Assembly: GCA_964016885.1 (NCBI GenBank)
Contig: OZ024740.1
Location: 210,800,001-210,864,000, forward strand
From: Eledone cirrhosa
Lineage: Eukaryota
DNA length: 64,000 nt
Direction: 5' to 3'
Shown: positions 1 to 55,374 of the stretch, piece by piece
Layout: each line of letters begins with the position of its first letter
How positions within the stretch are numbered: the stretch's first letter is position 1
Translations under genes and position numbers: made by a program
The notes under the pieces: model-generated
What the model saw: the letters and a program-made list of their open reading frames with translations, nothing else
Database searches by the model: none
Told to the model about the DNA's origin: nothing

Positions 1-340
1 GTCAGGATGGAGAGAGGTGCTGTACCCCAGCAAATTTTATGAAAGGTGGGTGAAAGTGGCGAGAATGGCCCGAGTGAATGGACCTTCTCTCTATATCAGC
101 CTGTAGGTTGAGGAAAAAGAGGAAGAGGGGAAAGGGGTACAAACTCTTCGTACTCCTGGAGATGAGGGTTGCCCATTTTTTCGGGGGTATGTGTTACCCA
201 TATGTAATGTCTCCCCCTATTGGGGATATCGACTAATTTTTAAATTGCATTTGTGATAGTATTTTACACGTTTTTATTGTATGTAAACTTCCCCCTTTGT
301 ATTTGTTCCCTTCTTTTGTGCCCCTGTGGCTAATAAAGAA
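1..340 (+). mobile_element. 3' end of Tx1/L1-clade LINE
   Basis: Encodes EVLYPSKFYERWVKVARMARVNGPSLYISL*, homologous to 50290-50398. The 3' UTR ends aataaagaaa followed by (TATC)n. Confidence 0.75.
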
Positions 341-487
341 ACATATCTATCTATCTACCTATCTATCTATTTATCTATCTATAGTGTTGCATTAATTCTT
401 TAGCCAATAATATTAATATCGTACTTTCAAACCAGAAACACCATATCTGTATCATCGCAGTGCTGTCCATTCGACTGATGGGTCAAA

Positions 488-542
<55 letters not shown>

Positions 543-1188
543 CATGTGTGTATGTATGTGTGAGTGTGAGTGTATGTACGTGTGTGTATGTGTGTGTGTG
601 TATGTATATGTATATATGTGTATGTATGTGCGTATGTGTGTGTGAGTGTGTGTGTATGTATGTATGTGTGTATGTATGTGTGTGTGTATGTATGTATGTG
701 TGTGTGTATGTGTGTCGGATTGTCTGACAGATCCTCATCCAATCAGGTTTCAGTGTGGCAGTAAAATAACACAGTCTAGTTTCCTATGTATTGACAGTGT
801 CAGGTGGTTTCTGGTGGCGAGTTAATAGATGTTGGTGTCTAAAATAACAAAAGACAACATGGAGACGAAGGACAGAGGAGTGGGAAGAAGACACGAAAGA
901 AGGAAGTCAGTAAAAAGAAAAGATCTCATCTTACTACTCTCAGTGTGCTCTTCCTTTTTCTAAGATGGTAGGGTCAGATATGTGAGAGATTTGGTTGCTA
1001 TTTCTAGCAGGTCATACAACCACACTTGCTCCTTCTTTCACTCTTCTCATTGGCTGTAATAATTGACATTTATAGCTGTTAACTTTGTTTTCATATGCAG
1101 TATGAAGTACTAAGTCAACCCTCACCCACCAAACACTTCATAGATAATGGCGTTCCAGCCATGGTCATCCAGTCATTTATTAAAACTA

Positions 1189-1492
1189 TAGTTGAACCTC
1201 GGTTCATGAACGCCTATCATTACGAACACATCGGTTCACGAACATAAATGATCTCGGCTCACGAATGGCATCTCGTGCAACGAACGTGCAAGCCGGCATT
1301 AACGGTTGGCAACAAACTGGGAGTATCGGCGGGAAAGGGTCACTTGCTGTCACTATGGTAACATCTATCTGTCTTTCATACACAGTCTCTCTCTCTCTGT
1401 ATTTCTCTCTTAACATTTCGTATGGGAAAATTAGTTTTGGCTTACGGACGGCCCTCAGGAATGAATTAAGTTCGTGAACCTAGGTTGCACTG
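1189..1492. mobile_element. Tigger/pogo-like MITE
   Basis: 23-bp imperfect TIRs (tagttgaacctcggttcatgaac / gttcgtgaacctaggttgcactg, 18 of 23 match) flanked by TA. Confidence 0.75.
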
Positions 1493-1569
1493 TACATTTT
1501 GTAATGTTCTTTCATTGGCTTATTGTATTCATTCGTTCTTGTTTAATTGTAAGTCAGCCCTAAGTGACT

Positions 1570-3545
1570 TACATCACATTGACTGCCATTACATCACTAG
1601 AATAATCGAAAATCACAGCCTCCAAACAGCATGATGTCCATCATAAACAATCAAAGAGCAGCTGAAGAGGCCTGGGCCATTGAGAAAATCAAACTCAACC
1701 CCAAAGTGTTCTTTTCATTTGAGAAAAAACACAAGATCACTGGCTCCACTGTTGGCCCTCTAATTGATGAAAATGGCATTCTCCAAAGTAATTCTAAAAC
1801 CATGGGTGAGATACTGCAGAAACAATACTGCTCTGTTTTCAGCAATCCTGATATTGCTCATCTGGGCTGTATCAGTGATGTTACTCCCCAACACACTATA
1901 TCGGACATAATGTTTGGCGCTCCTGATGTCTTAGCGGCAATAAACGAAACTAAACACAATTCAGCAGTAGGCCCCGATAGGTTCCCTGCTTGTGTCCTGA
2001 AGGTGTATCTACACCAACTTGCATCTCCTCTTGCTAATCTGTGGAGTAACTCACTGGATGCTGGATATATACTAGAAAACTTACTATCCCAGTCTTTTGT
2101 CCCAGTTTTCAAAAGGGGAAACAAATCCCTTGCCGTGAATTACCGCCCGATTTCACTCACCTCTGATATCATTAAGGTATTTGAGATGGTGGTGAGATCA
2201 CAAACGACTCACTTTCTCGAAAGCAACAATCTGCTGAACTCCAACCAGCAGGGGTTCCGTAATGGAAGAGGTTGCCTAACGCAGCTTCTGCATCACTTTG
2301 ATCACATTTTGAGAGCGTTGGGAAAGGGATCCAACACTGATGCCATCTACCTTGATTTCAGCAAGGACTTTGACAGGGTTGATCACAACATTCTACTGAG
2401 AAAACTATTCAACATTGGTGTCACTGGAAAGTTGCTGCAATGGATCAAGTGTTTCCTGTCAAACAGAGCCCAATATGTTGTTGTCAAAGGAGTATGATCC
2501 AGCCCAACTAACGTCAGTAGTGGTGTCCCACAAGACACTGTGTTGGGCACACTTCTTTTCATTATCTATATTAATGACATTCCTGACATCATCAAGTACA
2601 GCAGCATAAGAATCTTCGCAGATGTTTCCAATATCCAGGAGGTCATCAATGGCGTGGGTGACCGGACATGCCATCAATCAGATCTACTGGCTGTTATCCA
2701 ATGGGCGAAAAAGAAGAATATGCTGCTGAACGAGGATAAATTTGAGTTAATCGACTTTGGAAAAGAGGATGCACTGGAACTCCCATACTCCCTTCCTTCA
2801 GATGAAACTCTCGTGGCATAGAACAACACCAGAGACTTGGGAGTAATTGTGGACAACAACATAAGCTGGGCCACTCATATAAATATCAAAGTTGACATGG
2901 CTCGCAGAATGTGTTCCTGGATTCTCAGAACCTTCCAGTCGAGAGATATTCACATTGTTATCCTTCTCTTCTCCACTTTTGCCCGACCCCACCTTGAATA
3001 CTTTTGTCCACTGTGATATCCCCACACAAAACAAAGTATCACGAAAACGAAAATTGAAGTACCTCAAAAGTCAATCACAAAAAAGATAGATGGCATGTCA
3101 GGCCTTGACTATTGGGATCGACTAGAAAATCTCAACCATTATTCTCTCCAACGCCGCCGTGAGTGCTACATAATGTGCATGATGTGGAAGATATTCCATC
3201 AGAATTGCCCAAATGGTGTTGCCATCACCTTTAAGGTACACCCGAAGCTTGGACCCCGTGCTATCCGCCCACAACAAAAATCACACTCGCATCTCATAAT
3301 AACAATACGGCACAATTATTTCACCTCATTTGGCCCTGCTCTCTTTAACATTACACCAAAACACATTAAAACTGAAACAGACCCGATAAAGTTCAAGAAG
3401 TCTTTGGACAAATTCCTTCAAGAAATCCCGGATATGTAAACAATAACTCCCTACTTGGGTGGGCCATGGCGTCCAAATCCTTATTTGAAAGACTTCCCCG
3501 GATGATGCTATTAAGTTAGAGTGGCCGAAACCTATCAAAGTTATA
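1570..3545 (+). mobile_element. 5'-truncated CR1/L2-group LINE, disrupted ORF2 reverse transcriptase
   Basis: NYRPISLTS, QQGFRNGR, IYLDFSKDFDRVDH, LLFIIYINDI, IFADV (YADD position), RDLGVIVD and LQRRRE motifs, with stops and frameshifts. Confidence 0.93.
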
Positions 3546-3556
3546 TATATATATAT

Positions 3557-3685
3557 AACGGAAGAAATGTGGTAAGGAACCAGGTTGACCATAACGCACC
3601 AAAGTACTCAATACTTAGGGTAGTAGAGTGGTCCAGAATTAGCCGTCGAAACGGCTTGAGCTCAGCCGTCGGGGTCCTACTCGTT

Positions 3686-3688
<3 letters not shown>
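3557..3688. mobile_element. Short dispersed repeat in (TA)n, PLE pLTR-like family 1; other copies 4869-5061, 28060-28180, 42226-42414, 53388-53527
   Basis: Shared text (ggtaaggaaccag..gaccataacgcacc..gtactcaatact; agccgtcgaaacggcttgagctc) in five copies, each abutting TA microsatellite. Confidence 0.7.
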
Positions 3689-3761
<73 letters not shown>

Positions 3762-4600
3762 GTGTGTTTGGTATTTTAAGTGGTGTGCCCCTGTGGCTGA
3801 TTAATGAACCATAACTGTGAGGCTATACTCGTGACTCTAGAGACAACAACTTCGTGACTATTGTTACTGGACTTTGTTCTCAAATTACTGATATATATTT
3901 ACCACTCTACTCATATATTAAGTTTCGGTTTTCCCCATTTGCAGTCAAACTGGAGCATAGACACACACACGTCTGTCTGATAGAATGCCTCGTAGTATTT
4001 AATCTAGCTCTCAGCGCTCTGCTTTCAAATCCTACCGACGTCATATTTCCTTTTAATCTTTTCTGGGTCAATATATAACATATCAGTCTCGAATCCTGGT
4101 AGTCATTCTTCGTTCTCTCTATATATATATAATTGGAGAGAGATTCAAGAGTCATGTTCGATCATAAATAGATCGTTCCTCGAGCTGAACGACAGTGAAA
4201 CATATGTAAGGAGGTTGAGATCTGAAGAGCATATTTTAATGTTTGCGACTTGTTCTCTTTCATCCATTATATTTCTTCCTTCCTATCTTCTCTTCCTTCC
4301 TTCGAGTCAACTCACATCTAGCCGCTGATCTCTGTCCTTCGAGGTAACATTTTACCCAATGCCGCTTTGGCGGTATTTTGCTGTTCTAACAGCTTCCATA
4401 CGCCGAGTTTTTCCATTTTCCTGAGAATCCTAATTCACACGCGTTTCAAAATTCGATTTTCGAGTTAATATATATAATGATTGGAAGTACCTCTTTAGTT
4501 TAAATTTAAAATATATATATAATGGAAATGACTTTCCGGTTCCTTTCCACCGGCATAGGTTGAAAACGTTGGTCCTCCAGGCCAACGTAACGTACGTACG

Positions 4601-4643
<43 letters not shown>

Positions 4644-4679
4644 GAGAGAGAGAGAGGATATGATCCGAAATTAATAGAC

Positions 4680-4767
4680 GTGTCCGAGGAACCTGCGAGT
4701 CTAGAGTCAGGTAGATCCACACATGGTTCGCATCTCGAGCTGTTCGCCAGGGAAACAATTGTAACAC
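4680..4767 (+). ncRNA. Type I hammerhead-like motif, CCGAGGA core variant with expanded stem II region
   Basis: gtgt-CCGAGGA-(about 60 nt)-GAAA-caattg-TA-acac. Homologous copy at 62902-62989 on the - strand. Confidence 0.55.
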
Positions 4768-4809
4768 ACAATAAATTGAGTTCTGATGCATCACTGATTT
4801 TTCGTTTTC

Positions 4810-4872
<63 letters not shown>

Positions 4873-5582
4873 AACGAGTAGGACCCCTACGGCTGAGCTC
4901 AAGCCGTTTCGACGGCTAATTAGTCCAGAATTAGCTGTCGAAACGGCTTGAGCTCATCCGTCGGGGTCCTACTCGTTCCTATTACCCACTCTACTAGCCT
5001 AAGTATTGAGTACTTTGGTGCGTTATGGTCCACCTGGTTCCTTACCACATTTCCTTCGTTATATATATATATATATATATTCAATCATATCTCATTTTGT
5101 TTGACCCGTTTAGCTTGTTCGCTTTTTTGGCTATGGTGGCTATGGCTTCTTAACCATCGTCTCAGCGTGTGTGACCATTTTAACTTATGTTTATAGCTCT
5201 GCTATCCTCTTCATATGCATGGAGCGCTTGTCTGCACAATATTGAAGTTGCGTTTCACTAATTTCTACCCGCCGAAATGCGATTCTCGCTAAATTTATAT
5301 ATATATATATATATAGTATTAAGGATACTATTTATGGTTATGTATATACTAAAACTTTTATAGTTATATATATTTTAAACTCTAAACAGTGAAAGACAGT
5401 AATTTATTACTACCTTATTACCAGTAATTTTCTTTTAATATGATTTTAATTTTTGAATTTAAATTGCCATGCTAAAATATTATAATGGATGTAACCCCAC
5501 TGTGCATCGATATATACATATGTTTCTGGATGTCTCTTGTGTTGGAAAGGAGGTCATGTATGTAAACAATCATTGAAAAGTT

Positions 5583-5628
5583 ACTCCGAAGACTCCAAAC
5601 CTCGGTTTGGACGAAACAATTGTAAGCT
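5583..5628 (+). ncRNA. Minimal hammerhead-like motif, CCGAAGA core variant
   Basis: CCGAAGA-c-tccaaac/ctcg/gtttgga-c-GAAA-caattg-TA followed closely by aataaa. Stem I is weak. Confidence 0.5.
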
Positions 5629-5662
5629 AATAAATGGTTTGAACAGGACTTTGATTCATGTG

Positions 5663-5708
<46 letters not shown>

Positions 5709-6008
5709 CCTGGTGGGGGATGGGCTCCTCCAGACTTAAACTTCCCAATAAATACCGTATATCAATATAGCGCCCCCTACGACTCTACCAGGAGTTACGG
5801 AACCACACACACACACACACACACATATATATTTTTTTTAAAACGAAGAAAAAAACCAATGTTAACAGCTTATATCCACTGTTTAATTTCTACGTACGTT
5901 TTTCTATACACCTATAATCACCTATAATTACCTATATACCTATATATATATATATATAGGTGATTATAATGGAATATTCCATTATTATATGCATGTACCA
6001 TTGTCACC

Positions 6009-6142
6009 TGTATAGAAACTTACATAGAAATTAAACCATAGATTCAAGTTGTTAACCTTGGTTTTTCTTCATATATATATATAACACCCCCCCAAACACC
6101 TTCCTGAACATGCAACCCCGTTCTTCCCCCAACCCTCACTTT

Positions 6143-6179
<37 letters not shown>

Positions 6180-6693
6180 CTAACCACACACACCACCTTC
6201 AGCCCTCCCCGCTCGGACACCCCGTCTCCCTCTCCCCACTCCACCCGCCACCACCCATACTCACCCCACACCCTTCCACCACCTGTTTACCCCCCTTTTA
6301 ATTTCAGTTTATTTTGATCATGCCTTTATTTTTAAATTTTCTCATTCCTTGTATTTTGATCATGCTTTATTTTTATTTATTATTTATTATATTTTTTGTC
6401 TTTATTTGTTAATTTTTCATTCGCACCGTTTCCTTTCGCTATATGTCTCTCCCTACACACCTTTTGAACTCTGTTCCCACACACTTCTCACCTGAAGAAG
6501 GGCTTATGCCCGAAACGTCGCCCCCCACCTACCCCCCACTCTCCTGAGCGTGAATTTAATAAACATTTATCGTACTGCCTCTCTGTTCTGTCCCTGTTCA
6601 ATTTTTCATTATATATATATATATATATATATATATGAAGAAAAACCAAGGTTAACAACTTGAATCTATGGTTTAATTTCTATGTAAGTTTCT

Positions 6694-6698
<5 letters not shown>
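6009..6698. mobile_element. PLE pLTR-like fragment bracketed by ~62-bp perfect inverted repeats
   Basis: 6009-6071 is the reverse complement of 6635-6698. Internal CTGAAGA-agggc-ttat-gccc-GAAACGTCG (6492-6520) then aataaa. 6505-6608 recurs inverted at 37975-38078. Confidence 0.65.
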
Positions 6699-6756
<58 letters not shown>

Positions 6757-6763
<7 letters not shown>

Positions 6764-6775
6764 ACAAAGAGAGAG

Positions 6776-6817
<42 letters not shown>

Positions 6818-6988
6818 GGGCAAGAGAGGGGTGGCAAGAGAGAGAGAGTCGAAGTCAGTGTTGCATCATATTTACAAACTTTATTTGCATATTACAATTG
6901 TTTCGATATCAATCAGCTCAGATTACAATCTGTATGTATGTGTGTGTGTATGTGTGTGTGTGTGTGTGTGTGCATGTGTGTGTGTGTG

Positions 6989-7067
<79 letters not shown>

Positions 7068-7320
7068 ATGTGTGTGCGTTAATTAAATGTGGTGTAACAA
7101 CAATATTTTTGCACGTATAAGCTTGCATATCTGATGAGAATCCGAAAAAGAGTAAGGCCCCGTCATCTTGACTGTAATCTGAGCTGATTGATACCAAAAC
7201 AATTGTAATATGCAAATAAAGTTTGTAAATATGATGCAACACTGACTTCGACTCCCTCTTGCCCCCTCTCTCACTCTCTATCTCTCCTCTTTCTCTCTCT
7301 ATCTCTCTCTCTGTATACAT
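6757..7320. repeat. Inverted repeat pair (6757-6930 / 7170-7320) around (GT)n
   Basis: gagtcgaagtcagtgttgcatcatatttacaaactttatttgcatattacaattg... recurs as its reverse complement. Confidence 0.8.
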
Positions 7321-8088
7321 ATAAAAATATATAAATATATTTGCCTCTTCTCTAGAAAAAAGTGTCTGTGATCAAAGCTGGAGAAAGATGAGCTCCGTTA
7401 GGTTTTGATGCTTGCATCAGGAGTTGAGAGCTCCAGGAAGGGAGGAAATATAAGATAAATGAGTGGTGGGCTATATATAATGATTTCTAATTTTGGCACA
7501 AGACCAGCAATTTAGGGTAAGAGATAGTCTATTTACATTGACCCCAGTACTTGACTGGTACTTTATTTTATCGACCTCAAAAAGATGAAAGGCAATTACA
7601 TTGGTATATGTCATATATTTCTAGGTTAAATTATATTGATCTAGTTTTAGGAATGTTAAGCAATTATGTATTTATTGAAAATTAAGTTAGAAGCTTCAAC
7701 GCACGTAATTTTCTACTATGAAAATTAGTCTAACAAAATGGTAAAAAGTCCCTGAATGGAAAGTCGGCTGATTCTGTCAACTGTTTTCCACCAAGGGGCT
7801 TTTATGCTCAGTTTATTAAACTATTTTCATAGTAATAAAGAAACGTGCGTTGAAGCTTCTAATTTTCAATAAATACTAACTTATATTGTACACACCCACA
7901 CACATATATATATATATAAAGGATGATGTTCCAAAACGCAGAAATGCTATAAAGGTAGCTTATAAAATAGGATAAAGATCTTTAAAAGACGGGAAAAGAA
8001 GTTGCTATTGACTGAAAGCAGCTTCTTTTATAAGCTATCTTTATAGAATTTCTGTCCTTGAGCACATCATCTTTTATATTTATATATA

Positions 8089-8494
8089 CAGGGTGTCCCT
8101 CCAAATGTGAACATAACAAAATCTTTAAAAAATGCATAAAATAAATTCTGTTTGAGATGCATTATTTGGCAGTATCGGTAGTGGGTCGGATGCCATGCTT
8201 TGACGCATGGAGTTACGGCCTTTGCCATTCTGAGTTCAAATCCCGCCGAGGTTAACTTTGCCTTTCATCCTTACGGGGTCGATAAAATAAAGTACCAGTA
8301 ATGCACTCGGTAATTGCTGGCCTTGTGCCAAACGTAGAAACAATTATTAAAAAATTATATAAACCTTTTTGGGTGTTTACATACAATTGGATTATGTCTG
8401 TAGATCATTTTATTTTTGGGAAAGGCTGTGCATTCTAATAAATATTGCCTGTACAGGTAATCAAAGTGTGTATACATTTATGGGGGACACCCTG
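8089..8494. mobile_element. Tc1/mariner MITE with nested SINE (~8165-8347)
   Basis: TA-CAGGGTGTCCC...GGGACACCCTG-TA terminal inverted repeats. Confidence 0.8.
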
Positions 8495-8587
8495 TATATT
8501 CTCAGCTCTTAAAAGTCGAAGATTCGGCTTTGTACATTGTAAATTATATTGTTTTCTCTTTACTTTACCCCACTTTGGTTGTGACAG

Positions 8588-51220
<42,633 letters not shown>

Positions 51221-51312
51221 TAGTTACTCAATGTTCTTGGAAAGACAAGTGTAAACCATGAAAACAACTTCATTTTCTCATTAGTTCTAATTTTAGTGTT
51301 TCTCAGCAAACG

Positions 51313-51318
51313 AATAAA
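51313..51318 (+). promoter_or_regulatory. Candidate polyadenylation signal AATAAA
   Basis: First AATAAA after the predicted stop codon. Confidence 0.5.
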
Positions 51319-51376
51319 TTGTTATTTACGTACCTAACGTGTGAACGAGAGATCAACTTCCGGTCAATACAATGTA

Positions 51377-51564
51377 CGAGGGTTGGCTGAAGCGTTCATA
51401 GTCTGACCAAGATACTCTCATGGAATGACTAAATGAGGTTTATTTTTCAATATAGTCTCTGGAAAGAAATAATGCAGTTAAGAAGAATATTAAAATAAAT
51501 ACCTGCAAGATGAATCTAGCATCATTCCTTCATAGTCAGCTTATGAACTTTTCAACCTACACTC

Positions 51565-51565
<1 letters not shown>
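51377..51565. mobile_element. Mariner-type MITE
   Basis: TA-cgagggttggctgaagcgttcatag ... ttatgaacttttcaacctacactcg-TA. Confidence 0.82.
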
Positions 51566-51599
<34 letters not shown>

Positions 51600-51643
51600 C
51601 ACACACACACACACACACACATACACACACACATATATATCTA

Positions 51644-51833
51644 CGAGGGTCGGCTGAAAGGTTCATAGGCTGACTAAGATACTCTCATGGAATGACCAAA
51701 TAAGGTTTATTTTTCAACATAGTCCCTGGAAAGAAACAATTAATAAGAAGAGTTGAAATGAATGCATACAAGATTTTACATCTCTAGCTTCACCCCTTCA
51801 TAGTCAGCCTATGAACTTTTCAGCTGACCCTCG
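51644..51833. mobile_element. Mariner-type MITE
   Basis: TA-cgagggtcggctgaaaggttcataggctgacta ... tagtcagcctatgaacttttcagctgaccctcg-TA, near-perfect TIRs. Confidence 0.88.
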
Positions 51834-51920
51834 TATTTTGTTTTATCACTTAGTCGAGGAGAGGAGGACAGTTGCTATAACCACGGGAGCCAGGCTGCTT
51901 TATGACTTTCTGGTTTTGAA

Positions 51921-51987
<67 letters not shown>

Positions 51988-52006
51988 CCTCCTGCCTCTC
52001 CCTCTC

Positions 52007-52086
<80 letters not shown>

Positions 52087-52451
52087 TCCATTGCTTGCGC
52101 GACACTTCTCTTTCTCCTCGATTCTGTCTTTCAATAGCTCTCTCTTCTTCAATCTTCTTCTAACTCCAATCTATACTACCCCCTCCACACACACACACGT
52201 TCTCTCTTCTCTCTCCTTGTCCATTATATTTTCCTCCTTTCCTCTCTTCTTCCTCTCCTTTCCCCTCTTGTACATTTTATTTGATTCATCATTGTTTTCT
52301 TCTTCTTCTTCTTCTTCTTCTTCTTCTTCTTCTTCTTCTTCTTCTTCTTCTTCTTCTTCTTCTTCTCTCCATCTCTCTCTCTTCATCTCTCTCTCTACCT
52401 CCTCTCGCTCTCTCTAATAACAATAATATAAAATAAGGAGCAAGAACGAAG

Positions 52452-52655
52452 TATCATTATATTTATTCGCACGTGGCAATGCGTTTCGCAACCGATCAGC
52501 TCAAGGTACGATGCGTATGGAATCGATGGCTCATCAGACGGGTGGATTCAAGTCTGATGGGCTATCGATTTCAGAGTCGGGCCGGATCACTTCCGATCGT
52601 ACCTTGAGCCTATTGATCACGAAACGCACGTCACCTGTGAATAAACATGATAACG
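52452..52655. repeat. Imperfect fold-back element
   Basis: tttattc..gcgtttcg..gctcaaggtacgat versus atcgtaccttgagc..cgaaacgc..gaataaa. Confidence 0.65.
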
Positions 52656-53594
52656 TTATATTGATGCTTCTTCCCTAATCCTTATATATATATATATATA
52701 TATATCTACTGGTAGATGTATCTCTTTTATATATATAAATCTACTGGTAGATGTATCTCTTTTCTTTCTTTTCCTCTTTGTCTTCTTCTTCCCCCTGTCT
52801 CATCCTATCACTTCTTTCCACCCCCTATTTTCTTCTTCGTCTGCTTTTCCCCTTCGCCTACCCCGATGCAGCCCATCGGGCCTCTGTAGCATCAGGTCCC
52901 CCACCCCTGTAATTTTAAGATAGAATTGGCCGAATACGTTTTACTAACTACTTATAGCAGACGTGTTAAACCCCTTTAATTCTGTATCAGTTCTGTTACT
53001 ACTCAATTTCTACAAGTTTTTTCTATTCTCAACTTATTAACCTGTAATTGTAAGATAGCATTGTGATTTTTTTTATTCATTTCTCACTATCTAATTTTAT
53101 ATATTTTTTTATTTATTTCTATTCTCTTTTATTGTCTCATACTCTCATTCGATTTACCTATTCTATAACCTCCCTCCTCCACATCATACACTATACGCTC
53201 CACTCACTCACCTATTCTTCTACAGGCAAGTTCAGCCACCCCTACCTCCCACCAAATGCCATGATAGACTTATTTGTGTTTACAACAAATTTTAACCAAT
53301 CCTCTTGACAACTACAATCTTCCCACATAAGGAAGTACCCCCTTGAAAAGTTCGGCTATTTATTCACCAGGCTAAAAATTCTAATTTAGTCCAGAAATAG
53401 CCGTCGAAACGGCTTGAGCTCTGCCGTCGGGGTCATACTTTTTCCTATTTCACACTATACTACCCTAAGTATTGAGTACTCTGGTGCGTTATGGTCCATC
53501 TGGTTCCTTACCACAATTCCTTTGTTATATATATATATATATATATGTTATGGAATACTGTTAGCTTATCGCTAAAGCAATTTCTATACCTTTC

Positions 53595-53691
<97 letters not shown>

Positions 53692-53866
53692 TGTGTGTGT
53701 GTGTGTGTGTGTTTAAGTATCGAGAGAGAGAAAAAGGAAATATAGGCGATACATATATTTAGTTGCCAATAGTTTGTGCAGATGTGCTCAATACGTGCCT
53801 ACAGGGTTAAATATTAGAAGCGTCAATATTTAGTGGGCGAGAAGAAATAAGCAGAGCGATTATAAA

Positions 53867-53933
53867 AGAAATGAATACAAGGAGTTTAAAACCGTTACAT
53901 GTTTTAATGGTTTTAAACTCCTTGTATTCATTT

Positions 53934-53936
<3 letters not shown>
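53867..53936. repeat. Short hairpin with ~28-bp perfect arms
   Basis: aagaaatgaatacaaggagtttaaaacc ... ggttttaaactccttgtattcatttctt. Confidence 0.85.
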
Positions 53937-53974
<38 letters not shown>

Positions 53975-54025
53975 ATTAAGTCAAATAGGTAAAATTTGGC
54001 TTCGTTTATTATAAATTATAGATAT

Positions 54026-54080
54026 ACTGCTATATATATTTCGGTGACAGCCATCATTGGCTGTCACGTCTTCAGGCAGT
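54026..54080 (-). ncRNA. Minimal type I hammerhead (same family as 38717); degenerate further copy near 62595-62628
   Basis: Reverse strand: actgc-CTGAAGA-cgtgacagcca/atga/tggctgtcacc-GAAA-tatata-TA-gcagt. Confidence 0.7.
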
Positions 54081-54208
54081 CCGAATTGGTGTGGGAAAGA
54101 CAGGTACACATGTTGCTGAAGTGTGTTTTACTCCATCAATACTCCGATATGTCCAGCTTCTGGTTGTGTTGTTATTTCTCTGAGGTGTCGGTAAACAACC
54201 AACATATA

Positions 54209-54281
<73 letters not shown>

Positions 54282-54495
54282 GTGTTCCCGTAGGAAAGGT
54301 AAAGGAAAGGAGAGTGCTCTATGTAGGCTACAGAGCTATTTAGTTATGTAATAAACAACATAAGACAATTATTCCATTTACCAAAGGTTTCACGAAGACA
54401 GACGAGCTTGCCACAGACGTCTGAAATCGTTTATCAGAATGAAAATTTATTTAAAGCGGATGTCATATATCTATCTATCTATCTATCTCTCTCTC

Positions 54496-54583
<88 letters not shown>

Positions 54584-55374
54584 CGTATAAATATGTGTGT
54601 GCATATGTATGTATGTATGAAATTAGCTTCAAAGTGACGCTATTTCGAGTTCAATTCCCCTGCCCTGAGAAAGGCGACGTCAAGTATAGCATGGAGTCAA
54701 GAAAGTTAGTGTGAATAGAATTTGGTAGACAGAAACTATGTGGAAGTTGATTGGAAAGATCGTCCCTGTTGTGGGCTGACTTTAGAGGAGAGCGCTCTAT
54801 TGCAAGTCTTGGAGCTAGTTCTTGAACCAGAGAACAATTTCACCTCTTCCTCCCACCATTCTGAAAGAGGTCGTGGGCATTGCTCCTCCCTCCTCTGTCT
54901 GAGAGGAAACTTTGTTAATAGGATTTTAATTGACCCCCTATTTGCCGCCACCTTCACTTAATGGTATGGTCCTGTAACTCCTGGTAGAGTCGTAGGGACA
55001 CCTATTGACATTCGGCGTTTCTTGGGCATTTTAAAGCTAGCGGAGCCCATCCCTCTCCAAGCCTGAGTACAGCAAATTTCTTCCTGAGAGAGGAAGAATC
55101 GACCCAGTATTAGACTGGTACTTTTTTATTGACATCGAAAGGATGAAAGGCAAAGTTGACCTCGGCCGGATTTAAAATCAGAGAGCAGAGAGCCAGAATG
55201 AATACCATAAAGCATTCTATCCGACGTTCTAATGACTCTGCCAATTCGCCGCCCCTACCTTTACTGTATAGTATTCCCTAAGCATCATTGTAAATATCCC
55301 TACAACTTATATTTATTCTTTATATATTAATCCCTACTTTCAATTTCAAATCCTTCTTTATCCTGGATCTGGCT

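Noticed and set aside
7131-7160. CTGATGA...GAAA motifs here, at 10416 and near 47290
   Set aside because: Core words are present but stems I and III cannot be formed; at most decayed hammerheads.
700-8580. Search for the signal-peptide and earlier pro-domain exons
   Set aside because: Candidates near 800, 1100, 4320 and 7355 gave stops or wrong phases; the 5' exons are probably upstream of the window or were not recognised.
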